Shown here: positions 9,780 through 19,259 of the stretch, piece after piece
Position numbering within the stretch: the first letter of the stretch is position 1
Layout of the letters: every line of letters starts with the position of its first letter
IMG/VR virus record: IMGVR_UViG_3300035698_017437
Coordinates: 64,001-128,000 of that record
Direction: 5' to 3' (one strand)
Source: a virus
Length of the DNA: 64,000 bases
Translations under genes and position numbers: made by a program
The notes under the pieces: generated by a model
Told to the model about the DNA's origin: nothing
What the model saw: the letters and a program-made list of their open reading frames with translations, nothing else
The model's database searches: none

Positions 9780-9953
9780 ATGGTAACTAATATAACCCTG
9801 TCCTGTACCTCCTGTATGGGAGAACTAAAGATCAATCATGAAATGGATCCTAAAAGATATTTAGTGGAATCTTGTCCCTTTTGCTCCAGCGAACATGTGG
9901 ATGTGGAGATTGAAGATGAAGATGATTATGATTGGAAATTTGTAGAAGACTAA
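9780..9953 (+). CDS. small zinc-ribbon protein
   Basis: CTSC...CPFC with acidic tail; common after RNR genes in T4-like phages. Confidence 0.6.
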   Translation: MVTNITLSCTSCMGELKINHEMDPKRYLVESCPFCSSEHVDVEIEDEDDYDWKFVED

Positions 9954-9976
9954 CCAAAATGAAATGAAAATAAGCG

Positions 9977-10057
9977 TTGACTTCTAATTCTATACATGTT
10001 ATAATAGTGTATACCGTAAAGGAGAAATACACATAATTCAAAATGGAGAACAAAATG
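9977..10057 (+). promoter_or_regulatory. early promoter/leader cassette copy
   Basis: TTGACT-17-TATAAT...TAATTCAAAATGGAGAACAAAATG. Confidence 0.9.
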
Positions 10058-10912
10058 AACGATAGAATTTCAAGTCAGAGGGATGTTGCTGTAAATCTTG
10101 TAAAATTAGCCATGAGAGAAGTTGCTGAATCTGAGAGTGATATACATTCTGGAAACGGAACGAAATCTTTCTGGTGGAATAATCCTTTGATTTGTTCTGC
10201 TCTTTTTATTGGTCAATCCGAAGGTTGGATTATTAGAACAAGTACAACTCAAGTTGAATGGACAGAAGAAGGTGTAAGGGAATACAACATATGAAAACTG
10301 ATATAAAATTGATCCACGAATCGTTAGAGTGGACTCAAGAAATAGCTGACCAGGGAATAATTATTCTGGCTAAGAATGCCACTGCCAATCATTTCAGATC
10401 TACAGGAAGAGTAATGACTGAAAAGGAATGCTTCAGATCCTCTAATATTTTCCTATCCTTTCTGACCAAATTCAACAACATAAAAGAGGAGTATGATCAA
10501 ACCTCATGAGTACAATTATTACATTATTTTTCATCATAACATTTTTGTTGATATTCAAGATTATTTCAGATGGAATAAAAATTCATAAATTATCTACTGA
10601 TATGAGAGCTTTGACTATTTCAAATTCTAGGGTTATAGGACAGATCGGAGTGATTGTTATGAAATATATACCTACGGATGATGGTTCCTATTTGGCAGAT
10701 TTTATGTTGAAAGAAGGATTCAAATTCAAAGATCCACTAACTGATGAACTTATTGGTACTACAAAGAATTGATTATTCATATTTCCTATTTGGCAGAAGC
10801 TTCCTAGTTTCTGCCAAACATCGTTTGTGGAGAGGAATGAAAATCCTTGAATCAGGTGAGGAGTTTTATATTGAATCCTTAATAAATATCATAAACAATA
10901 AGGAGATTCAAA

Positions 10913-11365
10913 TTGAAAACATATAAAAAATTTATCACAGAAGCCGCAAAAGTTGTAGGATTTGTAAAATTACCAAAAGAAAAAGAATCCACTTGTGATT
11001 CTTCAAAATTTATTTCAAAAAAACAGTTATCATCATTAGAATCAATATTGGATAAATTGTTTGCCAATTATAATATTGATGTTGATCTAATGAAGAAACA
11101 TTTCGGCCAACGTATTAATGATTGCCGGAATAAAGAACAAATAACAATTCCAGAATTGAAGAAAATATTCTCTTCTCTTCATAAAAAATTTGGTAAAGAA
11201 TTAAGTAACGCAAAAGATATGGAAGCTGTTCTTACAGATATTCAATCCAAAATCAATATTCCTTTTGTTCTGAAACTAGACAAGAAAGGCGAGTTTGACC
11301 TGGTGGCAAAAACCGTAATGAGAAAACCAAATTTCAAAACTCCAGATAAAAGATACAAAGTATAA
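10913..11365 (+). CDS. candidate internal head protein
   Basis: TTG start after aaggag; MKTYKKFITE|A capsid-targeting-like N-terminus; AATAAATA upstream. Confidence 0.6.
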   Translation: MKTYKKFITEAAKVVGFVKLPKEKESTCDSSKFISKKQLSSLESILDKLFANYNIDVDLMKKHFGQRINDCRNKEQITIPELKKIFSSLHKKFGKELSNAKDMEAVLTDIQSKINIPFVLKLDKKGEFDLVAKTVMRKPNFKTPDKRYKV

Positions 11366-11384
11366 AATAAAGTAAAGAAAAGTG

Positions 11385-11461
11385 TTGACTTTCTCTGTGG
11401 GAAATGTTATAATTACATATACCAAATGAGAAAGACTAATTTAGATTGAGGCTTCAAAATG
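11385..11461 (+). promoter_or_regulatory. early promoter/leader cassette copy
   Basis: TTGACT-17-TATAAT, diverged leader. Confidence 0.8.
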
Positions 11462-12202
11462 AATAGAGAAACACTTGAAAATCTTCTTTGCGAGTTATCC
11501 ACTTCTGCTATGTCCTCGGACCGATGGTTAGAGTTTTTTGGTATTATTTATAAAGCAGAAGTTGGTGGCATCGAAGTTGCTCCAATGATTTCGCCCATTA
11601 CCAATTACAATTATGAGAATTGGAAAAAACAAAAGGGGTATTTAGTATGAAAGATAAAGAATTTGCGGTTACCTATTATGATGAACAAGGAGAGATCCAT
11701 AGTCATTATGTGATGGGTGAGAATAAAATGGATGCTATGGATATATTTGACCAGAGGACAAATGGTAAATATATTATTGAGACTGTAAGAGAAACCTATC
11801 AAGGAAATTGATCATGAATATTTATATGCCCATTCTTATGTTTTGGATTTCAATATCAACAATTCTAATTTTGGTTGCGAGGAGCCTATGAAATTCAAAC
11901 GTCAAAGTACAACTAAAATCAAAAAGTATGAAGGTGAAACCTATATTTTCAAAAATGGTGTAGCAAAGGTTCCTAAAATGTTCCATAGACCTAGACGTCC
12001 TTATACTATTACTTTGAAAGAATTCGAGGAGTTTACAAATGTTTAATAGAGAAAGTGATGAAAGATTGTTGATTCAGTTTGTTGAAGATCAGGGTTTTGA
12101 TATTCCAGAATTAGTGGAAGCGGCTAGACGACTAAGTGTAGGTCTTGATGATGGACTACAAGATTATTCTGTTCCTTTTGATGAATCAGCCTCAACCGGT
12201 AA

Positions 12203-12583
12203 GGTGAGGAAAGGTATACAGTAGAAATATTTTATAGAACTGGAAACTCATTTGGTTCAGAAGAAAGAACAGAGAAAATAGGTTGTTGTTGGGAGTCTAA
12301 AGATTTAGCCAGAAAAGCCTTACAATCAATAAAGGAACATTATTCTCTGTTTGATAGTTGTGGTGATAAAATAAAAGATAAGAAACCAAGTGATTTTGAT
12401 TGGTTTGACAAGACTTATTCTTCACAGAGGATTCTAGTAGAACTAGATGATGGAACAAGAACTAAAATATCCGTTTTTTGGATTGGTTATTTTGAGGCAT
12501 TACTTTCAGCAAAAATAGTGGTTGATGAGGATGATGAGGATGATGAGGATTGTTTTGAAACGGGTATATATATTAAGGATTGA
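12203..12583 (+). pseudogene. 126-codon open frame lacking a canonical start
   Basis: reads RYTVEIFYRTGNSFG...IKEHY...FWIGYFEAL; preceded by in-frame TAA, with no ATG/GTG/TTG near the 5' end. Confidence 0.55.
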
Positions 12584-12645
12584 CTTCTGATTCTATACAT
12601 GTTATAATAGTGTATACCAATATCTAATTCAAAATGGAGAATATG
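12580..12645 (+). promoter_or_regulatory. early promoter/leader cassette copy
   Basis: TTGACT-17-TATAAT...CTAATTCAAAATGGAG. Confidence 0.9.
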
Positions 12646-12796
12646 TCTATATGACCACATTATATATTGTAAAGGCTGAAGGTTCCTCCCAATGGGTAGA
12701 ATCCTATACAAATGGTCCTTACGCAAAAAAAGTAGCGAAAAAATTATCAAAGAAACATAAACCAATAAAGTATGTAGTTGAAAAGAGGAGATAAAA

Positions 12797-13009
12797 ATGA
12801 AGAAAACTGTTGCCCTTTCCTGTCTAGTAGGATTATTCTTATTTTCCTGTGAAACTTGTCCAGCTGTTACCTGTAAAGTAATCAATGTATTTACTACTCA
12901 AACAGGTCAGGTTGTCGCTAAAGTTTCATGTGAAGATTATATTGGTGAACCAGGAACTTTGATCAAAGTCAGAAAAGCAAAGAAAGAACCTCAAATAGAA
13001 GGATGTTGA
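12797..13009 (+). CDS. small secreted protein, ExtJ-like
   Basis: signal peptide, CKV...V.C...G..IKV.K.KK, C-terminal IEGC as in deltaproteobacterial ExtJ-like proteins. Confidence 0.55.
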   Translation: MKKTVALSCLVGLFLFSCETCPAVTCKVINVFTTQTGQVVAKVSCEDYIGEPGTLIKVRKAKKEPQIEGC

Positions 13010-13010
13010 T

Positions 13011-13586
13011 ATGAGTTGGATGAAAAGTCCTATAGCTCACACATGGGAAGGTTGGAGAGGTATTGAAAAGTATAATAAACAAAATCATCCCTTTCAATAT
13101 TTCTTTAGAGAATCTATTCCTGATGTTTGTGAAACGTTCAAAAGTAGAGTAAACAATTTTTATTGGAATATTCAATATAGACTGAATCCAAATCATAGAT
13201 ATCATATGGTTCATACAGGATTCAAGCCTGGTTATTACGATATCCCTGAATTACTTTTAGCATCTTCATTTTCTCTGTTGGTCAGATATGTAGAGGATGA
13301 AAATGGTTTAGACTATATTGATGAATCTTCCTGTTTTGACGATGATGTGAATGATTTATATATTTGGTGGACAGAAGTATATCCTTCATATGAATCTCAA
13401 AGAGATGATTTATATGAATTATTCAAAGGTAATTCTGAAGATTTTTTTGGAGAAGATCCTAAGGAATACAAGGAATACAATAATAAATTATTCAACCGCA
13501 TAAATCATATGGAATCTTTATGGGATAATATTGCTGACTATCAATTGAGGAGATTGATAGGGTTAAGATTGAGACTTTGGACATAG
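13011..13586 (+). CDS. hypothetical phage protein
   Basis: 191-aa ORF, PGYYD...LYIWW...LWT. Confidence 0.6.
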   Translation: MSWMKSPIAHTWEGWRGIEKYNKQNHPFQYFFRESIPDVCETFKSRVNNFYWNIQYRLNPNHRYHMVHTGFKPGYYDIPELLLASSFSLLVRYVEDENGLDYIDESSCFDDDVNDLYIWWTEVYPSYESQRDDLYELFKGNSEDFFGEDPKEYKEYNNKLFNRINHMESLWDNIADYQLRRLIGLRLRLWT

Positions 13587-13647
13587 TCATTATTTGATAG
13601 CTGAGGATAAAAAAGATACACATTATGGAATAAAGTGAATTTAGTTG

Positions 13648-13726
13648 TTGACAAGTGATCCTAAATATGTTATAATACGTCATACAGAAAAGAATAAAAC
13701 AAACATTCAAAATGGAGAACAAAATG
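13648..13726 (+). promoter_or_regulatory. early promoter/leader cassette copy
   Basis: TTGACA-17-TATAAT...TTCAAAATGGAGAACAAAATG. Confidence 0.9.
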
Positions 13727-14223
13727 AAAAACTGTGATATTAAAGTAGAAGATTTGACCTCAAGCCAAGTCTATTGTCTTGGTAGTGTTTCGTTTATTAC
13801 TCTTGATTATATTAGAAAAGTTTATGATGTAAAGAGCACTAGACGATTTGAAAAAAAGAAGATTACTATAAACATTATTGATTTTCTTGATTCCTCAACT
13901 ACCAACTCAGAGGAATCTTTACAAGATTTTATAAGCATTTTGATCAAGAAACTCCATGATGGATTCAGTATCATAAAATCAGATTCCGGGTATGATACGG
14001 ATATATTGATTGAAAAAGAATATGACTCTGAATATTTAGAAGATATTCTAAAAACGGAAATGAGATTACAGAAAAAAGTGAAAAAATTGATGGGTTCAAA
14101 ACTCAAAGATTATAAGGATTATGAGAAATACCTTGATTTGAAGAAAAGATTTGAAAATGAAGTTAGTTGTTGACTTTTCGTTCCAGAAATGATACATAGA
14201 ATAAATAAAGATAAAGTTTCTAA

Positions 14224-14297
14224 GCCGGTATAGCTAAGTGGTTAAGCGCAAGATTTGTATTCTTGAAACGGGGGTTCGATTCCCTCTACCGGCTCCA
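14224..14297 (+). tRNA. tRNA-Thr(TGT)
   Basis: acceptor gccggta/taccggc, anticodon arm caaga-tttgtat-tcttg, GTTCGA, CCA. Confidence 0.9.
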
Positions 14298-14341
14298 ATA
14301 ACGAGGAGCTCAAATCCGAACGGAGGCTCCAAAACAATTAT

Positions 14342-14417
14342 AGATCTGTAACTCAGTGGATAGAGTAGATGCCTTCTAAGCATTTTGTCGGGAGTTCAAA
14401 TCTCTCCAGGTCTACCA
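14342..14417 (+). tRNA. tRNA-Arg(TCT)
   Basis: gatgc-cttctaa-gcatt, GTTCAAA, ACCA. Confidence 0.9.
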
Positions 14418-14426
14418 AGGATTAGT

Positions 14427-15496
14427 ATGAGTAAATGTTTATTCTATATGGCTCGACCCATTTCAGGAGTAGATGGAATACGGATGCTTTCCCATCTAAA
14501 AATTCTTGAAACAACAGCAGATGAAGTTTTCCATTTATCAAACACAAAGACGAACAAAGGCAAGGAAGTAATTGAATTCCACAGTGGATTAAGAATATCA
14601 AAATCAATCAACTATTTTGGTGAAGTATATACCAACGAGTTGAAACATCTTGATTCTTGGATGAATGTTTATAATGCTCTTGATGTATCTCCTTTAAAGA
14701 TATATATGATAAACTATTCATAATGGGAGGTATATGTTTTAGAAGTTCAGGATTTTGTAGAGGTGGTAAACGAGAAGATTCATTTCCTAATGATAAAGGT
14801 CAAATAAAATTTATCAGTCAAGGAACTCATTTTGTAAATATTCTCGCAATATTGAAAGCCCATAGGGAGTATGGAATTCCACTTCACGAATACTCTTATG
14901 ATACTGATGAGTTGCCTTGTTCATCTTTTCATCCTGATGTGTCACCAAAATTGAATTATTATCTATATTATGGACATTCAATAAAAGATTACGATATATC
15001 CCGTTTGGATTGTCACCAATATTATATGAAGAATAATAGGAAGAATACTATATTTGATGATATTCCTGAAAAGGTTCATGATCTAACTAGTGGATATACA
15101 AACATAAACGATACAAGAAATAGATATTCAGTTGAGCTAGATGATTTAGCATCAAATTGTAAAACGTCTAATATATACATAAGAGATAAAATTCAAGGAA
15201 TAGATACATTTCTTGATAAAGATCAATATAATCGGATGATTTCAGAATCCAGGTTTACTTTTATATTTCCTGCCTATGATCTTCATGTAATATCTATTGA
15301 TAGGATGCTTGGAGCTATACACCGAGACTGTCTACCTCTATTCCATAGTGAATGTGTCTTGACGGATGTAGAGGAATCGTTCGGTGTTGATCTAAAATAC
15401 TTAGTTAGAACAAAACTCTTATCTGAAGAGGACCGGTTAAGATGGTTGAATATATTGAAAGAAAAGTTTACTGCCTTTCGAATAGGATTCAAATAA
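14427..15496 (+). pseudogene. putative glycosyltransferase (possibly DNA-modifying), split by a 2-nt frameshift at an (AT)4 run
   Basis: ORFs 14427-14723 and 14723-15496 join as PLKIYDKLFIMGG if one AT is removed at 14700-14707; C-terminal SRFTFIFPAYD...DRM..AI..DCLPL is GT-B-like. Confidence 0.55.
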
Positions 15497-15510
15497 GGTG
15501 TATTTATATG

Positions 15511-15539
15511 TTGACAAGTAATATCCAATATGTTATAAT
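15511..15539 (+). promoter_or_regulatory. early sigma70 promoter for tRNA pair
   Basis: TTGACA-17-TATAAT. Confidence 0.85.
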
Positions 15540-15555
15540 AGAGTATACAGAATGA

Positions 15556-15627
15556 AGACCCGTAGTTCAGCGGTAGAACCTCACCCTTTGAAGGTGATTG
15601 TCGGATGTTCAAATCATCCCGGGTCTG
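15556..15627 (+). tRNA. tRNA-Gln(TTG)
   Basis: agacccg/cgggtct, tcacc-ctttgaa-ggtga; no encoded CCA. Confidence 0.88.
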
Positions 15628-15636
15628 AATATAATC

Positions 15637-15710
15637 GGGAGATTAGCTCAGTTGGTTAGAGCCGTGTTCTCATAAATCACAGGTCACTGGTTCAAATCCA
15701 GTATCTCCCA
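15637..15710 (+). tRNA. tRNA with CAT anticodon (Met or Ile2)
   Basis: gggagat/atctccc, loop ctcataa, GGTTCAAATCC. Confidence 0.85.
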
Positions 15711-16162
15711 AAATACTTTAGTTTCTTCATCAAAGGAATATTATGAAAGCTTATGGAGTTCCTAGAATAAAAGACGCCGAATGTCCTGATAAAGCGGATA
15801 TCAAACGTTTCGGGTATTCATCAACTGATCGTTGTTCCAGAAAAGATAGAGGCAAAAATACATCAAGACGGATATGGAAGAAAAAGTTCAGAGCAGATCA
15901 AAAGAAATTATGTAATTACAAAGAATTCCTTTAGGAATCACAATTTAACCTAAAAAGGAACCAAATGTTACATAAAATGAAAGTTGTACTTGATAACACA
16001 TCTAGTCCAAAAGTTTATAAAAGAACTAGATGGACACATTATGAGGGATATAAATTTATTTGTTGTATGTGTAAACCTCATAGAGGATGTAACAGAAAAA
16101 GAAATCCAAGCCTATCTTGGAAAGATCAAAGCAAAAAAAGAAATTCATGGGAGAAATAGAAT

Positions 16163-17254
16163 ATGAGAAAGTTAGCAACAATCAGAAGAATTGAAAATAT
16201 CCTGCCTATTCAAGGAGCTGATAGGATTGAAGTAGCTTATATTGATGGTTGGGAATGTGTTATCAAAAAAGATCAATTCATAGTAGGTGATTTCTGTGTT
16301 TATTTTGAAATTGATTCTATGCTTGATAAAGATAATCCCGTTTTTGAATTTATGGCTCAACGAAAGTTTAGAGTAAGAACTATCAAACTGAGAAAACAGA
16401 TTTCTCAGGGACTTGCTCTTGCTCTTGAGGATTTCCCTGAATTGAAAAATCCTATAGTTGGTGATGATGTAACCTCTCTACTGAAGATCACTAAACATGA
16501 TCCTCATGCACAAAGAGAGCGAAATCAACAGGTTAGCACTAGGAAGAAGCCTCCATTGCGCTGGATGCTCCGATTTGGTGTAGGACGATATCTACATCAA
16601 AAGATTTGGAACAGAGCTTCAGGATCATGGCCCGGACTTTTTCCCAAAACCGATGAAGAAAGAATTCAAAATCTTTCTCTATATAATCTTGAAAGTATTC
16701 TCAAAGATGAAGTGGTTGTTACAGAGAAATTGGACGGACAATCAGTATCAATTTTCTATGATAGAAAAGCAAAAACGGGATTCTTCAAACGAGGAGTTTT
16801 TGGAGTATGCTCTAGGAATATTTGGTATAAAAACCAAGCAAATAATAATTGGTGGAATATAGCAATCAAAGAAAACCTCCAATTGACTCTTCCTGAATAT
16901 TGTAATCAAGAAAAGATGTCGCTTGTCATTCAAGGAGAAATAGTAGGAGAGGGAATTCAAAAGAATAGATATAATCTGAAAGGACAACATCTATATGTTT
17001 TTTCTGTATATGATATTGAAAATCAGAAATATATTGATCCAAAAGATGAGACTTTATCTTTGGGTTTGACAAGAGTTCCAGATCTAGGAACTTGCGTCTT
17101 AGAACCAAATAAAAAACTTATCCTTGAATTCGCTGAAGGTAAATCTGTAGTTGGATCTAAATCTCTTAGAGAAGGAATTGTTATTCGTTCTGAGAAAGAT
17201 CAATCCAAATCATTCAAAGCTATTTCTAATAAATGGCTTCTCAAAAATGAATAA
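16163..17254 (+). CDS. ATP-dependent RNA ligase, Rnl2/DRB0094 family
   Basis: MRKLATI..I.PI.GAD.IE OB N-domain; TEKLDG, QGEIVG, REGIV, FKAIS ligase motifs. Confidence 0.93.
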   Translation: MRKLATIRRIENILPIQGADRIEVAYIDGWECVIKKDQFIVGDFCVYFEIDSMLDKDNPVFEFMAQRKFRVRTIKLRKQISQGLALALEDFPELKNPIVGDDVTSLLKITKHDPHAQRERNQQVSTRKKPPLRWMLRFGVGRYLHQKIWNRASGSWPGLFPKTDEERIQNLSLYNLESILKDEVVVTEKLDGQSVSIFYDRKAKTGFFKRGVFGVCSRNIWYKNQANNNWWNIAIKENLQLTLPEYCNQEKMSLVIQGEIVGEGIQKNRYNLKGQHLYVFSVYDIENQKYIDPKDETLSLGLTRVPDLGTCVLEPNKKLILEFAEGKSVVGSKSLREGIVIRSEKDQSKSFKAISNKWLLKNE

Positions 17255-17497
17255 TGTGTATACAAAATAAGAAACATATAATTCAAAAGGAGAGAGATAT
17301 GAAATTTGTTATCGGAATGAACGGAGCACCAAAAGCACCAAAAACCAAAGAAGAAGAAAAGTCTATTGAAGAAAGTATGGGATTCTTCATTAAATTTATC
17401 GCTTGGAGTATTGTCGGTATTGCTCTTATTGGAGCATTTCTTGTTTGTGTAGCTGATGTACAAAGTGAAAGCAATGTAACAAAAACAGAAATAAGTG

Positions 17498-17526
17498 TTG
17501 ACAAATGATTCTAAATATGTTATAAT
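17498..17526 (+). promoter_or_regulatory. sigma70 promoter, first of three in tandem (also 17639 and 17902), each followed by an RNA rather than an ORF
   Basis: TTGACA-17-TATAAT at 17498 and 17639; TTGACG-17-TATGTT at 17902. Confidence 0.8.
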
Positions 17527-17541
17527 TACATATACCAAATG

Positions 17542-17608
17542 AATAAGACTATAACAGTGAGTTAACCTTGTAAATGCCACCGTGCTCTAGGCACTGTTAT
17601 ATCTTGTT
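17542..17608 (+). ncRNA. candidate small RNA 1
   Basis: aataaga-c-tataacagtg pairs with cactgttata-tcttgtt; own promoter; no ORF. Confidence 0.5.
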
Positions 17609-17684
17609 TATATATACAAAATAAAATGAATTTAGTTGTTGACAAGTGATTCTAAATATGTTATAATTACATATATATCAAATT

Positions 17685-17792
17685 TTGTTGTGTTGTAAAA
17701 ACAAACCTCACACAGTATAAGCGGTGATAAGGTAGAGAATCGCCAAAGACATTATAGTCTTTGCTTGGAGAGAGCGATTTCCCACACAACAA
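17685..17792 (+). ncRNA. candidate small RNA 2
   Basis: nested stems ttgttgtgt/acacaacaa, aatcgc/gcgatt, caaagac/gtctttg; own promoter. Confidence 0.55.
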
Positions 17793-17799
17793 TAAACAT

Positions 17800-17882
17800 G
17801 GAGAGTTATACCGTAGGGGTAGCGGGATAGACTGTAAATCTATTGTCCTTTGGCTCGGGTGGTTCGACTCCACCACTCTCCA
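17800..17882 (+). tRNA. tRNA-Tyr(GTA)
   Basis: ggagagt/actctcc, ataga-ctgtaaa-tctat, variable arm, GGTTCGACTCC. Confidence 0.9.
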
Positions 17883-17940
17883 CTTAAAATTAATTTAGTT
17901 GTTGACGAGAAATAGAAAATATGTTATGTTTCTTTATAAT

Positions 17941-18106
17941 AATATGCTTTCTGTGGTCGGGTAGTCCCGTATGAACGTGTAGGATTTATCAATAGAGTAA
18001 GATGATCATCCTCTATAATTTGATAGGCAGCCTTGCTTCAGAGGCAGATCTTGAATTCGCTAAGAAACGGTTCAATGATGATCTGCCCGCACACCGAAAG
18101 CATATT
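17941..18106 (+). ncRNA. 6S-RNA-like structured RNA
   Basis: closing stem aatatgctttc/gaaagcatatt, cgggtag/ctgcccg, tgaac/gttca, plus 3' cttgaatt...ggttcaa element. Confidence 0.5.
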
Positions 18107-18111
18107 AGTAT

Positions 18112-18186
18112 GACCATATAATCCAACGGTTAGGATACGAGGTTTTCATCCTCGTAATCGGAGTTCAATTCTCCGTATGGTCACCA
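18112..18186 (+). tRNA. tRNA-Glu(TTC)
   Basis: gaccata/tatggtc, cgagg-ttttcat-cctcg, ACCA. Confidence 0.9.
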
Positions 18187-18197
18187 GATTGTAGATT

Positions 18198-18260
18198 AGA
18201 GATTTAGCTTATGTAAAGCGGGTATTTTGACAGATCTTGGTTCAACCCCAAGAATCTCCT
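18198..18260 (+). ncRNA. tRNA-like RNA lacking an anticodon arm
   Basis: acceptor gagatt/aatctc, D arm gctt-atgta-aagc, T arm cttgg-ttcaacc-ccaag, only about 15 nt between D and T arms. Confidence 0.55.
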
Positions 18261-18276
18261 TTCTACATACAATTAT

Positions 18277-18351
18277 TGCGGAGTAGAGTATTGGTAACTC
18301 TCTTGTCTCATAAGCAAGGATATGTTGGTTCAATTCCAACCTCCGCAACCA
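18277..18351 (+). tRNA. tRNA-Met(CAT)
   Basis: tgcggag/ctccgca, cttgt-ctcataa-gcaag, ACCA. Confidence 0.88.
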
Positions 18352-18361
18352 ATTTTTATAT

Positions 18362-18591
18362 CTCTCTATAGCTCAATAGGTAGAGCTTCTGAGGAATATT
18401 GAGTGTGAATTTTTGGGTTGCTCCTCAAATTCCTTCAATAATAATCAGAGCAAGTATTTCAATAATCCTACACTGGTCGGCAGATCATAACCTTGACCTC
18501 TTTTCTCTGGATAGCCATGGAACAAAGAGAAAAATTGTCATTGAAGTAGATTAGAGAAATCGTGAAGGTTCAAATCCTTCTAGAGAGACCA
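18362..18591 (+). ncRNA. 230-nt tRNA-like RNA with about 160 extra nt in the anticodon/variable region
   Basis: acceptor ctctcta/tagagag-ACCA, D arm tagctcaataggtagagc, T arm gaagg-ttcaaat-ccttc, two long internal hairpins. Confidence 0.7.
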
Positions 18592-18606
18592 ATTAGTTTT
18601 AAATGC

Positions 18607-18694
18607 TCCCGCCTGACAGAGTGGTAATGTGCCTGGCTGTTAACCAGAGACCTAGAGTAATCTAGCGGTTGTTCGACCCAACCGGCGGGAGCCA
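18607..18694 (+). tRNA. tRNA-Asn(GTT) with long variable arm
   Basis: tcccgcc/ggcggga-GCCA, ctgg-ctgttaa-ccag, V arm ctaga-gtaa-tctag. Confidence 0.85.
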
Positions 18695-18724
18695 ATTGTC
18701 CCACTAACTTTTAGAGAGAATAGA

Positions 18725-19009
18725 ATGACAAAACATTGGTGCGATGCTTGTGAAAGAGAGATAGTAGATAATAACTATAAGAATGTTGGAATACCTTGTC
18801 ATTTATATTCTATGAGTAGATCAGGAAATCTCCAGGGAGGGTATGTTGATAGGGAATTTCAACCAATATCAGGAAGAGATGATAATGTCCTTTTATGTCA
18901 TAAGTGTTTGAACAAAGGATGGTCGGCATTCTTGACTAAATTGGACTTAAATGGAGAGAAAAGGACAGAAACAGTTGAAACAGAGAGACTAAACGCCTTT
19001 ATTTATTAA
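18725..19009 (+). CDS. hypothetical protein with CxxC pairs
   Basis: CDAC...CHKC. Confidence 0.55.
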   Translation: MTKHWCDACEREIVDNNYKNVGIPCHLYSMSRSGNLQGGYVDREFQPISGRDDNVLLCHKCLNKGWSAFLTKLDLNGEKRTETVETERLNAFIY

Positions 19010-19019
19010 GAGTATATGT

Positions 19020-19095
19020 GCGCTTGTAGTCCAACGGCAGAGACAACAGGTTTAAGCCCTGTCCAGTGAAGGTTCAAATCCTTCCAGGCGTACCA
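19020..19095 (+). tRNA. tRNA-Leu(TAA), short variable loop
   Basis: acagg-tttaagc-cctgt, GGTTCAAATCC, ACCA. Confidence 0.85.
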
Positions 19096-19112
19096 AATAA
19101 TTATATTGACAA

Positions 19113-19199
19113 AGAAGATGCCGTCCGTTGGTGGACAGCTAGACTTGAAATCTGGTGGCGTGTTAGAAATAGCATGGGGTTCAACTCCCACATCTTCTT
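19113..19199 (+). tRNA. tRNA-Ser(TGA) on a SelC-like 8/4 scaffold
   Basis: 8-bp acceptor agaagatg/catcttct, ctaga-cttgaaa-tctgg, V arm cgtgtta-gaaa-tagcatg, short T stem. Confidence 0.75.
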
Positions 19200-19259
19200 C
19201 TTATAGAAAATAAATGTTGACAAATAAATGTTGACATATCATTTACAGGGAACTTTAAT

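Noticed and set aside
14385-14426. ORF-track N-terminal extensions at 14385, 22754 and 39209, and minus-strand ORFs 17667-17876 and 19006-19191
   Set aside because: They overlap tRNA genes or the ArfA-like ORF; better starts are 14427, 22838 and 39266
18362-18591. tmRNA
   Set aside because: Has a full D arm, lacks the G3:U70 alanine acceptor and a recognisable tag ending, and is short
19113-19199. Selenocysteine or opal-suppressor tRNA
   Set aside because: The anticodon reads TGA (Ser), not TCA
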